From contig NZ_OZ060386.1 of assembly GCF_964059055.1 (NCBI RefSeq), forward strand, positions 450,001 to 482,000: a DNA stretch of 32,000 nucleotides, read 5' to 3'. This document shows, one piece after another, positions 1-10,368 of this stretch. Position numbers and translations under genes: made by a program. The notes beneath the pieces were generated by a model that made no database searches, was not told where the DNA came from, and saw only the letters and a list, made by a program, of their open reading frames with translations. Numbering within the stretch: the stretch's first letter is position 1; every line of letters starts with the position of its first letter. The stretch comes from Buchnera aphidicola (Neophyllaphis podocarpi) (GTDB lineage Bacteria; Pseudomonadota; Gammaproteobacteria; Enterobacterales; Enterobacteriaceae).

Positions 1-399
1 ATAATAAAATTAAATCCAATAAATTTTCCAGATACAATAATAAAAAAAGAAATAAGCAAAATAAAACATTTAAATATAAAAAATGAAAAACAAAGTATAC
101 TGACTAGGTTTGTTACAGATAAAGAATATTATGAAACTGCTATATACAACATATACTATAAATTAATTCTAAAAGAAATAAAAGAGCTATATAAAAAAGA
201 AAATAAAAATTATAAAAGCAAAATATTAAACAAAAAAAATAAAATATTAAATAATAATAAATTTAAAATAGAAGAAAAAACAACCAATACAAAATTAATA
301 GAAGAATTAATAATAGAAAATCATGCAATTAAAAATTTGCTAAAAAAAATTAAATTTAGAAAAAAAATATGTTCTTTTAAAGAATTAATAAAACAATAA
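1..399 (+). CDS. tig: trigger factor, 3' end (partial; start lies upstream of the window)
   Basis: Frame 1 is open from the window edge to TAA at 397-399, and is absent from the ORF track because no start lies in the window. The tail ...IENHAIKNLLKKIKFRKKICSFKELIKQ aligns with the E. coli Tig C-terminus (...[30 protein letters not shown], from memory). It sits at the conserved tig position directly upstream of clpP-clpX-lon. Confidence 0.75.
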   Translation: MIKLNPINFPDTIIKKEISKIKHLNIKNEKQSILTRFVTDKEYYETAIYNIYYKLILKEIKELYKKENKNYKSKILNKKNKILNNNKFKIEEKTTNTKLIEELIIENHAIKNLLKKIKFRKKICSFKELIKQ

Positions 400-429
400 A
401 TAATTTAAAAAATTAAAAGGAGTATAAAA

Positions 430-1041
430 ATGTTAATCAGAAACAATTCTTTTAATTCAGCTCTAATTCCAATTGTTATAGAAAAAAATAATCAAGGAGA
501 GCGTTCTTATGATATATATTCTCGTTTATTAAAGGAACGTATAATATTTATCACTGGAATAATTGAAGACAAATTATCTGAATTAGTAATCGCTCAACTG
601 CTATTCTTAGAATCTGAAAATCCAAAAAAAGATATAAGTTTATATATAAACTCACCAGGAGGTGTAATTACTGCAGGTCTTTCTATTTACGATACCATGA
701 AATTTATAAAACCAGATATTAGCACTATATGTATAGGACAAGCATGTTCTATGGGAGCACTTATTTTGTCATCAGGAACAAAAAATAAAAGATTCTGTTT
801 ACCTAATTCTAGAATTATGATCCATCAACCAATAGGTGGTTATAAAGGTCAAGCAAGTGATATAGAAATTCATGCAAATGAGATTATTAAAGTTAAGAAA
901 CAAATTAATCAAATTATATCAAATAATAGCGGTAAATCACTAAAAAAAATAAAAAAAGATACAGAAAGAGATTACTTCATGTCACCAGAAGAAGCATTAA
1001 AATATGGTTTAATAGATTCAATACTATTGAATAGAATATAA
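430..1041 (+). CDS. clpP: ATP-dependent Clp protease proteolytic subunit
   Basis: 203 aa with AAGGAG upstream of the ATG. It is collinear with E. coli ClpP ([29 protein letters not shown]). Catalytic contexts are present: GQACSMGA (Ser), MIHQP (His), TERDYF (Asp). Confidence 0.97.
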   Translation: MLIRNNSFNSALIPIVIEKNNQGERSYDIYSRLLKERIIFITGIIEDKLSELVIAQLLFLESENPKKDISLYINSPGGVITAGLSIYDTMKFIKPDISTICIGQACSMGALILSSGTKNKRFCLPNSRIMIHQPIGGYKGQASDIEIHANEIIKVKKQINQIISNNSGKSLKKIKKDTERDYFMSPEEALKYGLIDSILLNRI

Positions 1042-1077
1042 TTCTAATTAAATTAAAATATAAAGTTTGAGGTAATA

Positions 1078-2316
1078 ATGAAAAATAAAGGATTAGGAGA
1101 AAAAGAAAAAAAAACATATTGTTCTTTTTGCGGAAAATCTCAAAAAGAAATCCAAAAATTAATAGCTGGACCATCAGTTTTTATATGTAATGAGTGTGTA
1201 TATTTGTGTAATGAAATTATAAATAAACAAATAAACAAAAAAGAAAAAATAAAAGAAAAATATTTATTAAAACCTCATGAAATTAAAAAAAATTTAGATG
1301 ATTATGTCATTGGACAAGAAAATACAAAAAAAATATTATCTGTTGCTGTGTATAATCATTATAAAAAGTTAAATTATATAAAAGATAAAAAAGAAAAAAT
1401 TAAATTAGGTAAAAGCAATGTTTTATTGATTGGATCTCCCGGAAGTGGTAAAACATTATTAGCAGAAACTCTAGCTAACATATTAAACATACCTTTTACA
1501 ATATCAGATGCGACAACTTTAACAGAAGCAGGATATGTAGGTGAAGATGTAGAAAATATTATTCAAAGATTATTGCAAAAATGTAATTATGATATAGAAA
1601 AAGCAGAAAGAGGAATAATTTATATAGATGAAATTGATAAAATATCTAGAAAATCTGACAATACTTCAATTACTAGAGATGTATCTGGAGAAGGAGTACA
1701 GCAAGCTTTATTAAAAATAATTGAAGGAACAGTTGCTTTAATTCCTCCAAAAGGAGGAAGAAAACATCCAAACCAAGAATTTTTAAGAGTTGATACATCT
1801 AATATTTTATTTATATGTGGTGGTGCATTTACAGGATTAGATCAAATTATATCTCAAAGAACAGAAAGTTTAAATAGTATAGGTTTTAGAGCAAAATCAA
1901 TAGAAAAGAATAAAAAAATTATAAATAATAATTTATTTAAAAAAATAACACCAAAAGATCTAATTAAATTTGGTTTAATTCCAGAATTTGTAGGAAGATT
2001 ACCTATAATAACAGTATTAAATGATTTAAATGAAAAATCTTTAATAGAAATTCTATGTAAACCTAAAAATTCATTAGTAAAACAATATAAAAAATTATTT
2101 GAAATTGATGGAATTGAACTAAATTTCAACGAAGAATCAATTAAAGAAATAGCTAAACAAGCAATTTCTAAAAAAATAGGTGCTCGTGGTTTAAGAACTA
2201 TTATGGAAGAAATCTTATTAGATACAATGTATGATTTACCTTCAATAAAAAATAAAAAAACAATATTAATTAACAAAGATGTAATTAAAGGTCATGAAAA
2301 ACCTTTTATAAAATAA
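1078..2316 (+). CDS. clpX: ATP-dependent Clp protease ATP-binding subunit ClpX
   Basis: 412 aa. It has the N-terminal zinc-binding CSFCG...CNEC motif, Walker A GSPGSGKT and Walker [10 protein letters not shown], plus conserved GARGLR near the C-terminus. It lies directly downstream of clpP. Confidence 0.97.
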   Translation: MKNKGLGEKEKKTYCSFCGKSQKEIQKLIAGPSVFICNECVYLCNEIINKQINKKEKIKEKYLLKPHEIKKNLDDYVIGQENTKKILSVAVYNHYKKLNYIKDKKEKIKLGKSNVLLIGSPGSGKTLLAETLANILNIPFTISDATTLTEAGYVGEDVENIIQRLLQKCNYDIEKAERGIIYIDEIDKISRKSDNTSITRDVSGEGVQQALLKIIEGTVALIPPKGGRKHPNQEFLRVDTSNILFICGGAFTGLDQIISQRTESLNSIGFRAKSIEKNKKIINNNLFKKITPKDLIKFGLIPEFVGRLPIITVLNDLNEKSLIEILCKPKNSLVKQYKKLFEIDGIELNFNEESIKEIAKQAISKKIGARGLRTIMEEILLDTMYDLPSIKNKKTILINKDVIKGHEKPFIK

Positions 2317-2387
2317 AAATTTAATAAATTTTTAAAACAAATTATTAATTTGAATAAATATTCTATTTTTTTATTAAATGCTTAACT

Positions 2388-2415
2388 TTGAATATCAAAA
2401 ATCTATCCTAATATA
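2388..2415 (+). promoter_or_regulatory. candidate sigma-32 (heat-shock) promoter of lon
   Basis: TTGAAT (2388-2393), a 13-nt spacer, then CCTAATATA (2407-2415), about 90 nt upstream of the lon ATG. This resembles the sigma-32 consensus CTTGAA-N13-15-CCCCATNT and, as I recall it, the E. coli lon promoter TTGAAT-N13-CCCCATATACT. Confidence 0.45.
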
Positions 2416-2504
2416 CTCAGATTTTTTGTGGGCCTAACAACTGCACATATAATAATATTTTTGTAGTTTCAGTACTTAGCATAAATTAACTAAGAGAGAG
2501 CTCT

Positions 2505-4847
2505 ATGAATACTGAGTGTTCAAAATATATCGAAATTCCTGTGTTACCATTACGTGACGTTGTAGTATATCCATATATGGTAATTCCTTTATTTGTAGGA
2601 AGAAAAAAGTCTATAAAGTGTATTGAAGCATCAATGAAACAAAAAAAACAAATTATATTAATAGCACAGAAAGATGCATCTCAAGAAGAACCAGATATTA
2701 ATGATTTATTTAACGTAGGTTCTATAGCTTCTATTTTACAAATGCTAAAATTACCAGACGGTACTGTTAAAGTATTAGTAGAAGGTTTGCAACGTGCTCG
2801 TATTGTAAAATTAAAAGACAAAAAAGAATATTTTTTAGCAAAAGTAGAATATATAATTTCATCTATTTCAAATGAAAAAGAAAATAAAATACTAATAAAA
2901 ACATCTATTAACCAATTTGAAAAGTACATAAGAAGTAACAAAAAAGTATCTCTAGAAATTTTAAATACAATCAAGAATATAAATGATATTGATAAAATAG
3001 CAGATATAATAGCTTCAAATATGCCGTTGAAAATAAAAGAAAAACAAACTATCTTAGAAATGTTAAATACAAATGAAAGATTAGAATACTTAATGGCTAT
3101 TATGGAATCTGAGATAGATCTATTACAAATAGAAAAAAAAATACGTGATAGAGTAAAAAAGCAAATGGAAAAAAGCCAAAGAGAATACTATTTAAATGAA
3201 CAAGTTAAAGCGATACAAAAAGAACTAGGAGATATGGATGATACACCTGATGAATATCAGGTATTAAATAGAAAAATTAAAGAAGCTAGAATGCCTAAAG
3301 AAGCAAAGAAAAAAACAATATCTGAATTACAAAAATTAAAAATGATGTCTTCTATGTCTGCAGAAGCAACTGTAGTACGTAGTTATATAGACTGGATGAT
3401 ACAAGTTCCATGGAATAAAAGAAGCAATATAAAAAAAGATCTAACTAAAGCAAAAGAACTATTAGACAAAGATCATTTTGGATTAGAAAAAGTTAAAGAC
3501 AGAATATTAGAATATTTAGCAGTACAAAATAGAATCAAAAAAGTTAAAGGTCCTATTTTATGTTTAGTAGGACCTCCTGGAGTTGGAAAAACTTCACTTG
3601 GTAAATCTATAGCCAAAGCTACTGGAAGAAAATATATTAGAATGGCTTTAGGAGGAGTAAGAGATGAAGCAGAAATTAGAGGTCATAGACGTACATATAT
3701 TGGATCTATGCCAGGAAAGTTAATCCAAAAAATGGCTAAAATAGGAGTAAAGAATCCTCTATTTTTATTAGATGAAATAGATAAAATGTCATGTGATATG
3801 AGAGTAGATCCTACTGCTGCATTATTAGAAGTTTTAGATCCTGAACAAAATATATCATTCAATGATAACTATTTAGAAGTTGATTATGATCTTTCAGATG
3901 TAATGTTTGTAGCAACATCTAATTCAACAAATATTCCAGTAGCTTTACTTGATAGAATGGAAATAATTCGTATATCTGGATATACAGAAGACGAAAAACT
4001 AAATATAGCTCAAAAACATTTAATTAAAAAACAAAAAGAAAGAAATGCTTTAAAAAAAAATGAAATAGATATTCAAGATAGCGCTGTTATTAATATAATT
4101 CGTTATTACACAAGAGAATCAGGCGTCAGAAATTTAGAAAAGGAAATAGCAAAATTATGTAGAAAAACTGTTAAAAATTTATTATTAAATAATATGATAA
4201 AAAATACCATAATAAATAAAAAAAATTTAAAAGATTTTCTGGGAATAGAAAGATTTGATTTTGGAAGAAAAAGTAAAAAAAATCAAATAGGACAAGTAGT
4301 TGGTCTTGCATGGACAGAAGTAGGAGGAGATTTATTAACAATAGAAACAGCATCAGTAAAAGGTAAAGGAAAATTAATTTATACAGGATCACTAGGCGAA
4401 GTCATGCAAGAATCAATACAAGCAGCTTTAACAGTAGTAAGACATAGATCAAATAAACTAAAAATTAAAGATAACTTTTATGAAAAATATGATATACATG
4501 TACATGTTCCAGAAGGTGCTACACCTAAAGATGGTCCAAGTGCAGGTATAGCTATGTGTACTGCTATAGTATCTTCATTAACAGAAAACGCGGTTAAAGC
4601 TGAAATAGCTATGACAGGAGAAATAACATTGAGAGGACAAGTTTTACCTATAGGAGGATTAAAAGAAAAATTATTAGCTGCTCATAGAGGAGGAATTAAA
4701 ATAGTCTTAATACCTAATGAAAACAAAAAAGATCTAGAAGAAATACCAAAAAACATAATAAAAAACTTGCATATACACCCAGTAAAATATATTGAAGAAG
4801 TATTAGAACTTGCCCTTGAGCGCTCACCTTATAAATTAAAAAAATAG
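2505..4847 (+). CDS. lon: Lon protease
   Basis: 780 aa. The N-terminus IEIPVLPLRDVVVYPYMVIPLFVGR is nearly identical to E. coli Lon. Walker A GPPGVGKTS, Walker B LFLLDEIDK and the protease serine context PKDGPSAG are present. Confidence 0.97.
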   Translation: MNTECSKYIEIPVLPLRDVVVYPYMVIPLFVGRKKSIKCIEASMKQKKQIILIAQKDASQEEPDINDLFNVGSIASILQMLKLPDGTVKVLVEGLQRARIVKLKDKKEYFLAKVEYIISSISNEKENKILIKTSINQFEKYIRSNKKVSLEILNTIKNINDIDKIADIIASNMPLKIKEKQTILEMLNTNERLEYLMAIMESEIDLLQIEKKIRDRVKKQMEKSQREYYLNEQVKAIQKELGDMDDTPDEYQVLNRKIKEARMPKEAKKKTISELQKLKMMSSMSAEATVVRSYIDWMIQVPWNKRSNIKKDLTKAKELLDKDHFGLEKVKDRILEYLAVQNRIKKVKGPILCLVGPPGVGKTSLGKSIAKATGRKYIRMALGGVRDEAEIRGHRRTYIGSMPGKLIQKMAKIGVKNPLFLLDEIDKMSCDMRVDPTAALLEVLDPEQNISFNDNYLEVDYDLSDVMFVATSNSTNIPVALLDRMEIIRISGYTEDEKLNIAQKHLIKKQKERNALKKNEIDIQDSAVINIIRYYTRESGVRNLEKEIAKLCRKTVKNLLLNNMIKNTIINKKNLKDFLGIERFDFGRKSKKNQIGQVVGLAWTEVGGDLLTIETASVKGKGKLIYTGSLGEVMQESIQAALTVVRHRSNKLKIKDNFYEKYDIHVHVPEGATPKDGPSAGIAMCTAIVSSLTENAVKAEIAMTGEITLRGQVLPIGGLKEKLLAAHRGGIKIVLIPNENKKDLEEIPKNIIKNLHIHPVKYIEEVLELALERSPYKLKK

Positions 4848-4874
4848 TTAAATTTTAAATAAATTAAAAAAAAT

Positions 4875-4901
4875 GGTAAAACTTTTTATAAAAGTTTTAC
4901 C
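4875..4901 (+). terminator. hairpin downstream of lon (weak candidate terminator)
   Basis: ggtaaaactttt-tat-aaaagttttacc forms a perfect 12-bp stem with a 3-nt loop, 28 nt after the lon stop. It is followed by aaaaatttt rather than an immediate T-run, so terminator function is uncertain. Confidence 0.35.
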
Positions 4902-4980
4902 AAAAATTTTGCAACACAAAATAATTTATAAATAAATTAAAATAATTTATGCTTAATAAAAATTTATAAGGATTTAAATA

Positions 4981-6441
4981 ATGCAAATAATAAATTCCTC
5001 TTCGAATAAAAAAGTAAAATTAATCTTATACTTTATAATATTAATTATTGTTGTTAGTGGATTAAGTAATTTTGTTATTTCAAATAATGAACCTTACATT
5101 GCAATAGTAAATGGAGAAAAAATATTAAAAAAACAATTTGATTATATCTATAATATAGAAATACAAAAACAAAAAAATTTTTTTGGTAAAGATTTTGATA
5201 AAATAAAAAATAATTTTTATTATATAAAACAAATAAAACAGCAAATATTAAATAAATTAGTAAATGAATTAATTTTAATACAATATGCAAATAAATTTAA
5301 AATTAATGTTTCAGATAGCAAAATCAAACAAATAATTCTTTCAGAACCTATGTTTCAAAAAAAAGGAAAATTTGATTCAAAAAAACAATTATTAATTTTA
5401 GAAGAAGCTGGTATAAGTCTAAAAGACTATATAAAAGAAATAAGAAAAAAAATTATCACTGAAAATTTTATAAATATGATAGAAAAAACTGAATTTACTT
5501 TTGATAATAATGTAGAAAACTATATAAAATATATAACAGAAGAAAGAACAGTAGAAAAATTAATATTAAATAAAAAAAATTACAACAAAAAAATAAAAAT
5601 TACAGACAAAAATATTAAATTATTTTATAAAAAACATAATAATATTTTTAATATTCCAGAAAGAATTAAAATTCAGTATAAAAAAATAAATATGTATGAA
5701 ATAAATAAATATTATACTTTAACAAAAAATACATTTGATAAAATCATAGATAAAAATATAAAATTTGATATAAATATAGATAAAATAACTAAAAAAAAGA
5801 TAAATAATAAAATATCAAAATTTAATATAACACCTTGGTTTAATAAAAATTATTTAATTGATAGAATTAAATTTATAAAATCTGAAAAAATAAAAAATTA
5901 TATATTCGAAATTTTAATAAAAGAAAAAAGTAAAAACTATAAAATAATACCAATCAATAATAATCAAGTATTAATTTTAAAAATCTATGATTATAAACCA
6001 AAACATAAAAAAAATATTGAAGAAAATAAAAAGGATATAATCTCACATTTAAAAAATTTATTAATAGAAAAAAATACAATAATTCAAGCATATAAAATAA
6101 TTAATCAATTAAAAGAAAATAAAAATCAATTATTAAATAAATTTAAGTTAAAGTTTAATAAACAAGAAACATTTAAAAGAAATAGTGAAAACTATATTAA
6201 TAAAATTGTATTTTCTATGAATAATTTTAATAACAAAAAAAATAAATATAAGGTAATAAAAGATTTAAAAGGAAATATTACTATATTAAAATTAAAATAT
6301 AAAAAATTTCACAAAATTAAAAAAGAACAAAAAGAGATAATAGCTCAAAATATCATTAAAAATGACATTGAATCAATATTTTATGCTCTTATAAATTCAT
6401 TAAAAAACCAATCAAAAATTGAATTTATTAATAATAATTAA
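4981..6441 (+). CDS. ppiD: periplasmic chaperone PpiD-like protein (highly diverged, shortened)
   Basis: 486 aa with AAGGA upstream. It has a single N-terminal TM segment (LILYFIILIIVVSGLSNFVI). Collinearity with E. coli PpiD is weak (IPERIKIQYKKIN vs ...FRVSYIKLD; VLILKIYDYKPKHKKNIEENKKDI vs HIVRLDDIQPAKVKSLDEVRDDI, from memory). Its position after lon matches Enterobacterales. The sequence is very K/N/I-rich. Confidence 0.65.
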   Translation: MQIINSSSNKKVKLILYFIILIIVVSGLSNFVISNNEPYIAIVNGEKILKKQFDYIYNIEIQKQKNFFGKDFDKIKNNFYYIKQIKQQILNKLVNELILIQYANKFKINVSDSKIKQIILSEPMFQKKGKFDSKKQLLILEEAGISLKDYIKEIRKKIITENFINMIEKTEFTFDNNVENYIKYITEERTVEKLILNKKNYNKKIKITDKNIKLFYKKHNNIFNIPERIKIQYKKINMYEINKYYTLTKNTFDKIIDKNIKFDINIDKITKKKINNKISKFNITPWFNKNYLIDRIKFIKSEKIKNYIFEILIKEKSKNYKIIPINNNQVLILKIYDYKPKHKKNIEENKKDIISHLKNLLIEKNTIIQAYKIINQLKENKNQLLNKFKLKFNKQETFKRNSENYINKIVFSMNNFNNKKNKYKVIKDLKGNITILKLKYKKFHKIKKEQKEIIAQNIIKNDIESIFYALINSLKNQSKIEFINNN

Positions 6442-6515
6442 TAGTATATATTTAATTTATAAAATGTTTAATATATAAAAATTAAATATAAGATTATTTA
6501 AATAATTATATGTTA

Positions 6516-6630
6516 TATAAATTTATATATAATAATTTTATAAATTTATAAACGTAAAATATTCCAATTAAATAAAATTTACAATAAGATAATATTTATA
6601 TATTGAATAATTTTAAAATATAAATTTATA
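6516..6630. repeat. three copies of the 12-bp perfect palindrome TATAAATTTATA in the ppiD-mdlA spacer
   Basis: Exact copies lie at 6516-6527, 6539-6550 and 6619-6630, verified base by base. The motif is its own reverse complement. Confidence 0.8.
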
Positions 6631-6696
6631 ATAAAATTATTAGATCATAAAAATATATAATTATTACAAATAAATTTTAATTAAAAGGAATATTAG

Positions 6697-8439
6697 GTGA
6701 AACTATTTAAACAATTAAAATGGTATTTTAATAAAGAATGGAAAAGATATTTAGGATCTATTATTTTATTAACAATAGTTGCCATTTTACAATTAATACC
6801 ACCTAAAATAGTTGGTATAATAGTAGATTTAATGGAAAGAAAAAAATTTATAGAAAAAAAAATATTAATGTGGATTATTATTATGTTAATTACATCAATT
6901 TTAATATATTTTTTTCGTTATTTATGGAGAATTCTTTTATTTGGAGCCTCATATAATTTAGCCATTGAATTAAGAAAAAAATTTTATTGTCATATAAGCA
7001 AGCAACCTCCAGAATTCTATCTAAAACATAGAACAGGTGATTTAATGGCAAGAGCAACAAATGATATAGATAGAGTTGTATTTGCTGCAGGTGAAGGAGT
7101 ATTAACCCTTGTAGATTCTTTAGTAATGGGAATACTAGTATTGATAATTATGAGTACTCAAATAAGTTTTATTTTAACAATTATCTCATTAATTCCTATG
7201 CCTATTATGGCAATTTTTATAAAAAAATATGGAGAAATGCTGCATATCAGTTTCAGAAAATCTCAAGCTGCTTTCTCAGAACTAAATAATCAAACACAAG
7301 AAAGTTTATCATGTATACGAATGATAAAATCATTTGGATTAGAAAAACAAGAATTAAATAAATTCTTGAAGTTTGCTAGTAATGCAGGAAAAAAAAATAT
7401 GAAAGTAGCGAAAATAGATGCTAAGTTTGATCCAACTATATATTTATCTATTGCATTTTCTAATTTACTAGCTGTTATACAAGGAGGTTATCTAGTATGG
7501 AACAATATAATAACTATAGGACAATTAACTAGTTTTATCATGTATCTAGGATTAATGATATGGCCTATGTTAGCTATAGCATGGATGTTTAATATAGTAC
7601 AAAGAGGAAGTGCTGCATTCGATAGAATAAACTTGATATTTAAAGAAAATAATTGTATTAAAAATGTAAAACAAAAAAAAATATCAAAAAATAAAATATT
7701 AAAAATTAAAATTGATAAATTTTATTATAAAAATCATAAAAACTTTTTTTTAAAATCAATAAACATAAAATTAATTCCAGGAAATATTTTAGGTATATGC
7801 GGCCCAACAGGATCTGGAAAAAGTACAATAATAGGATTAATTCAAAGGCATTTCAGTATAAATAAAGGAAATATTTTTTATGACAACATATCTATTTTAG
7901 ATTTTAATATAAACGAATGGAGAAAAAAATTAGCAATAGTAAATCAATCTTCTTTTTTATTTTCAGACACAATTTTAAATAATATTAGTTTAGGTAAACC
8001 TAACATAGGTTATGAAAAAATAGAAAAAATTACAAGAATAGTTAATCTTCATGATGAAATAACTAAATTACCTAAAGGATATAATACAGAAATAGGGGAC
8101 AGAGGAATAGTATTATCAGGAGGACAAAAACAAAGAATTGCTATAGCAAGAGCTTTATTATTAAAGAGAGAAATACTAATATTAGACGATTCATTATCAG
8201 CTATAGATAATTATACATCTAAAAAAATCTTAAGAAACTTATTTTTAAATAAAAATAAATATTTTAATACAATGATTATTAGTACACATAGATTAAATAT
8301 TTTAATAAAATCAAATGAGATAATTGTAATTAATAATGGTAAAATTATAGAAAGAGGAAATCATAAAACATTAATTAGTAAAACTAATTGGTATCAAAAC
8401 ATATATAGTTACCAAAAAAATAATAAAAATTATATATAA
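6697..8439 (+). CDS. mdlA: ABC exporter, fused permease/ATPase MdlA
   Basis: 580 aa with a GTG start and AAGGA upstream. The N-terminus [20 protein letters not shown] aligns residue for residue with E. coli MdlA (MRLFAQLSWYFRREWRRYLG). It has a TM domain plus an NBD with Walker [10 protein letters not shown], signature LSGGQKQR and Walker B ILILDD. Confidence 0.88.
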   Translation: MKLFKQLKWYFNKEWKRYLGSIILLTIVAILQLIPPKIVGIIVDLMERKKFIEKKILMWIIIMLITSILIYFFRYLWRILLFGASYNLAIELRKKFYCHISKQPPEFYLKHRTGDLMARATNDIDRVVFAAGEGVLTLVDSLVMGILVLIIMSTQISFILTIISLIPMPIMAIFIKKYGEMLHISFRKSQAAFSELNNQTQESLSCIRMIKSFGLEKQELNKFLKFASNAGKKNMKVAKIDAKFDPTIYLSIAFSNLLAVIQGGYLVWNNIITIGQLTSFIMYLGLMIWPMLAIAWMFNIVQRGSAAFDRINLIFKENNCIKNVKQKKISKNKILKIKIDKFYYKNHKNFFLKSINIKLIPGNILGICGPTGSGKSTIIGLIQRHFSINKGNIFYDNISILDFNINEWRKKLAIVNQSSFLFSDTILNNISLGKPNIGYEKIEKITRIVNLHDEITKLPKGYNTEIGDRGIVLSGGQKQRIAIARALLLKREILILDDSLSAIDNYTSKKILRNLFLNKNKYFNTMIISTHRLNILIKSNEIIVINNGKIIERGNHKTLISKTNWYQNIYSYQKNNKNYI

Positions 8440-8445
8440 AAAGTA

Positions 8446-10212
8446 ATGTTTAATAAAATGAAAATAAAAAAGATGTTAAATTTAATTAAAATATCACCTA
8501 CACTACATAGATTATTATCTTATGCTTATCCTTGGAAAAAATCAATATTTATTGCATTAATAATGCTAACTGGAGCTTCAATTTCTGAAACAATATGTCC
8601 TTTATTAATTAGTTATTTTATTGATGATATAATAGCTAAACATAAATTTATACCTAAAATTTTTATTTTATTACTTTTTAGTTTTATTATATTACAAATA
8701 ATATCTATTATATTACACTATTTTCAAAATTTGATATTAAGTAAAATAGCTATAGAAATATTAAAAAAAGTAAGAATTGATGTAATGAAATCTGCTATTT
8801 TACAACCTTTAAGTAAGTTTGACAAACAGCCTATTGGTCAAATTATAGCAAAAGTAACAAATGATACAGAACTAATAAAAGATCTATATGATACAGTTAT
8901 AATTTCAGTACTCAGAAGTTTTATATTAATTTTTACAATTCTTATAGCTATGTTTACTGTAAAATGGGAAATGGCTGTAATAACAATAATTGTTTTTCCT
9001 TTAATAATTATTGTTATGATAATATATCAACATTATAGTATTCCCATCTTAAGAAAAGTTAGATCGTACTTAGCAAACATTAATAATAGTTTTAACGAAG
9101 CAATTAAAGGAATGAAAATTTTACAACAATTTAGACAAGAAGATAGATTTGGCAAAAAGATTCAAAAACATAGCAAGTTTCACTATAAATTTAGAATGCA
9201 AACACTGCGTTTAGATGGTTTTTTATTAAGACCATTACTCAGTCTATTTTCAGGTTTAGTGTTATGCGGATGGATAATTTTGTTTAGCTTCTATCCTAAA
9301 GGAACATTTGAAATAGGAATACTTTACGTTTTTATAAATTATTTAAGCAGACTAAATGAACCTTTAATAACAATAACAACTCAGCAATCTATATTACAAC
9401 AAGCAATAGTATCAGGAGAAAGAATCTTTCAATTAATAGATTCTCCTAAACAAAAATATGGAAAAGATAATAACTCAATATCAGAAGGAAAAATTAATAT
9501 TAAAAATCTTAATTTTTCTTACCATATCAAAGATGAAAAAATATTAAAAAATATTAATTTAAAATTTAGATCGAAAGAATTCATTGCATTAGTAGGACGA
9601 ACAGGAAGCGGAAAAAGCACTTTAGCAAATTTATTAATGGGATATTATCAAATTAATGATGGAAATATATACATTGATGGAAGAAAAATAAATGATCTTA
9701 GTCAAAAATGCTTAAGAAAAGGTATATCAATGGTTCAACAAGAACCATACATTTTAGCTGATAGTTTATTTTATAATATAACATTAGGAAGAAATATTTC
9801 AGAAAATACTGTATGGAAAATATTAGAAATAGTTCAAATGAAAAAATTTACTGAATCTATGAAATATGGAATTCATTCTATATTAGGAGAAGAAGGAAAT
9901 AATCTATCAATAGGACAAAAACAATTATTATCTATTGCTAGAGTACTAGTAAGTTATCCAAAAATTCTAATACTAGATGAAGCAACAGCAAATATTGATT
10001 CAGAAACAGAAATAGCAATACAAAAAACTCTAAAAAAAATCAAAAAGAAAACAACTCTTATTATAATAGCGCATAGACTTTCTACTGTTACAGAAGCAGA
10101 TTCTATTATAGTTTTAAATAAAGGTGAAATAGTAGAACAAGGATCTCATGAAGAATTAATGAAAAAAAAATCAAATTATTGGAATATGTATAAACTAAAA
10201 AATAAAATTTAA
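8446..10212 (+). CDS. mdlB: ABC exporter, fused permease/ATPase MdlB
   Basis: 588 aa, collinear with E. coli MdlB (RLLSYAYPWKK, TNDTELIKDLY, MQTLRLDGFLLRPLLSLFS). Walker A GRTGSGKST, signature LSIGQKQL and Walker B ILILDEA are present. The start could instead be the in-frame ATG at 8458 or 8473. Confidence 0.9.
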   Translation: MFNKMKIKKMLNLIKISPTLHRLLSYAYPWKKSIFIALIMLTGASISETICPLLISYFIDDIIAKHKFIPKIFILLLFSFIILQIISIILHYFQNLILSKIAIEILKKVRIDVMKSAILQPLSKFDKQPIGQIIAKVTNDTELIKDLYDTVIISVLRSFILIFTILIAMFTVKWEMAVITIIVFPLIIIVMIIYQHYSIPILRKVRSYLANINNSFNEAIKGMKILQQFRQEDRFGKKIQKHSKFHYKFRMQTLRLDGFLLRPLLSLFSGLVLCGWIILFSFYPKGTFEIGILYVFINYLSRLNEPLITITTQQSILQQAIVSGERIFQLIDSPKQKYGKDNNSISEGKINIKNLNFSYHIKDEKILKNINLKFRSKEFIALVGRTGSGKSTLANLLMGYYQINDGNIYIDGRKINDLSQKCLRKGISMVQQEPYILADSLFYNITLGRNISENTVWKILEIVQMKKFTESMKYGIHSILGEEGNNLSIGQKQLLSIARVLVSYPKILILDEATANIDSETEIAIQKTLKKIKKKTTLIIIAHRLSTVTEADSIIVLNKGEIVEQGSHEELMKKKSNYWNMYKLKNKI

Positions 10213-10246
10213 TTTTTTAAAATTAAATAATTAAAAATTATATATA

Positions 10247-10361
10247 AAAAGAGGTCTTGATAGCTGGATATAATTACCGAACTTATTTGTTATGGATGCT
10301 TCTTTCCAGACCTGACCTAGTTAACAAAAAGCAAGTAAAAATATACTAAACAAGAACCTCT
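10247..10361 (-). ncRNA. ffs: 4.5S RNA (SRP RNA)
   Basis: The reverse complement contains CUAGGUCAGGUCUGGAAAGAAGCAUCC, matching the E. coli 4.5S domain IV core CCAGGUCAGGUCCGGAAGGAAGCAGCC including the GGAA tetraloop. A terminal helix (AGAGGU-u-CUUG / CAAGACCUCU) closes the molecule and is followed by U5. End positions are accurate to about 5 nt. Confidence 0.85.
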
Positions 10362-10368
10362 ATCTGTA

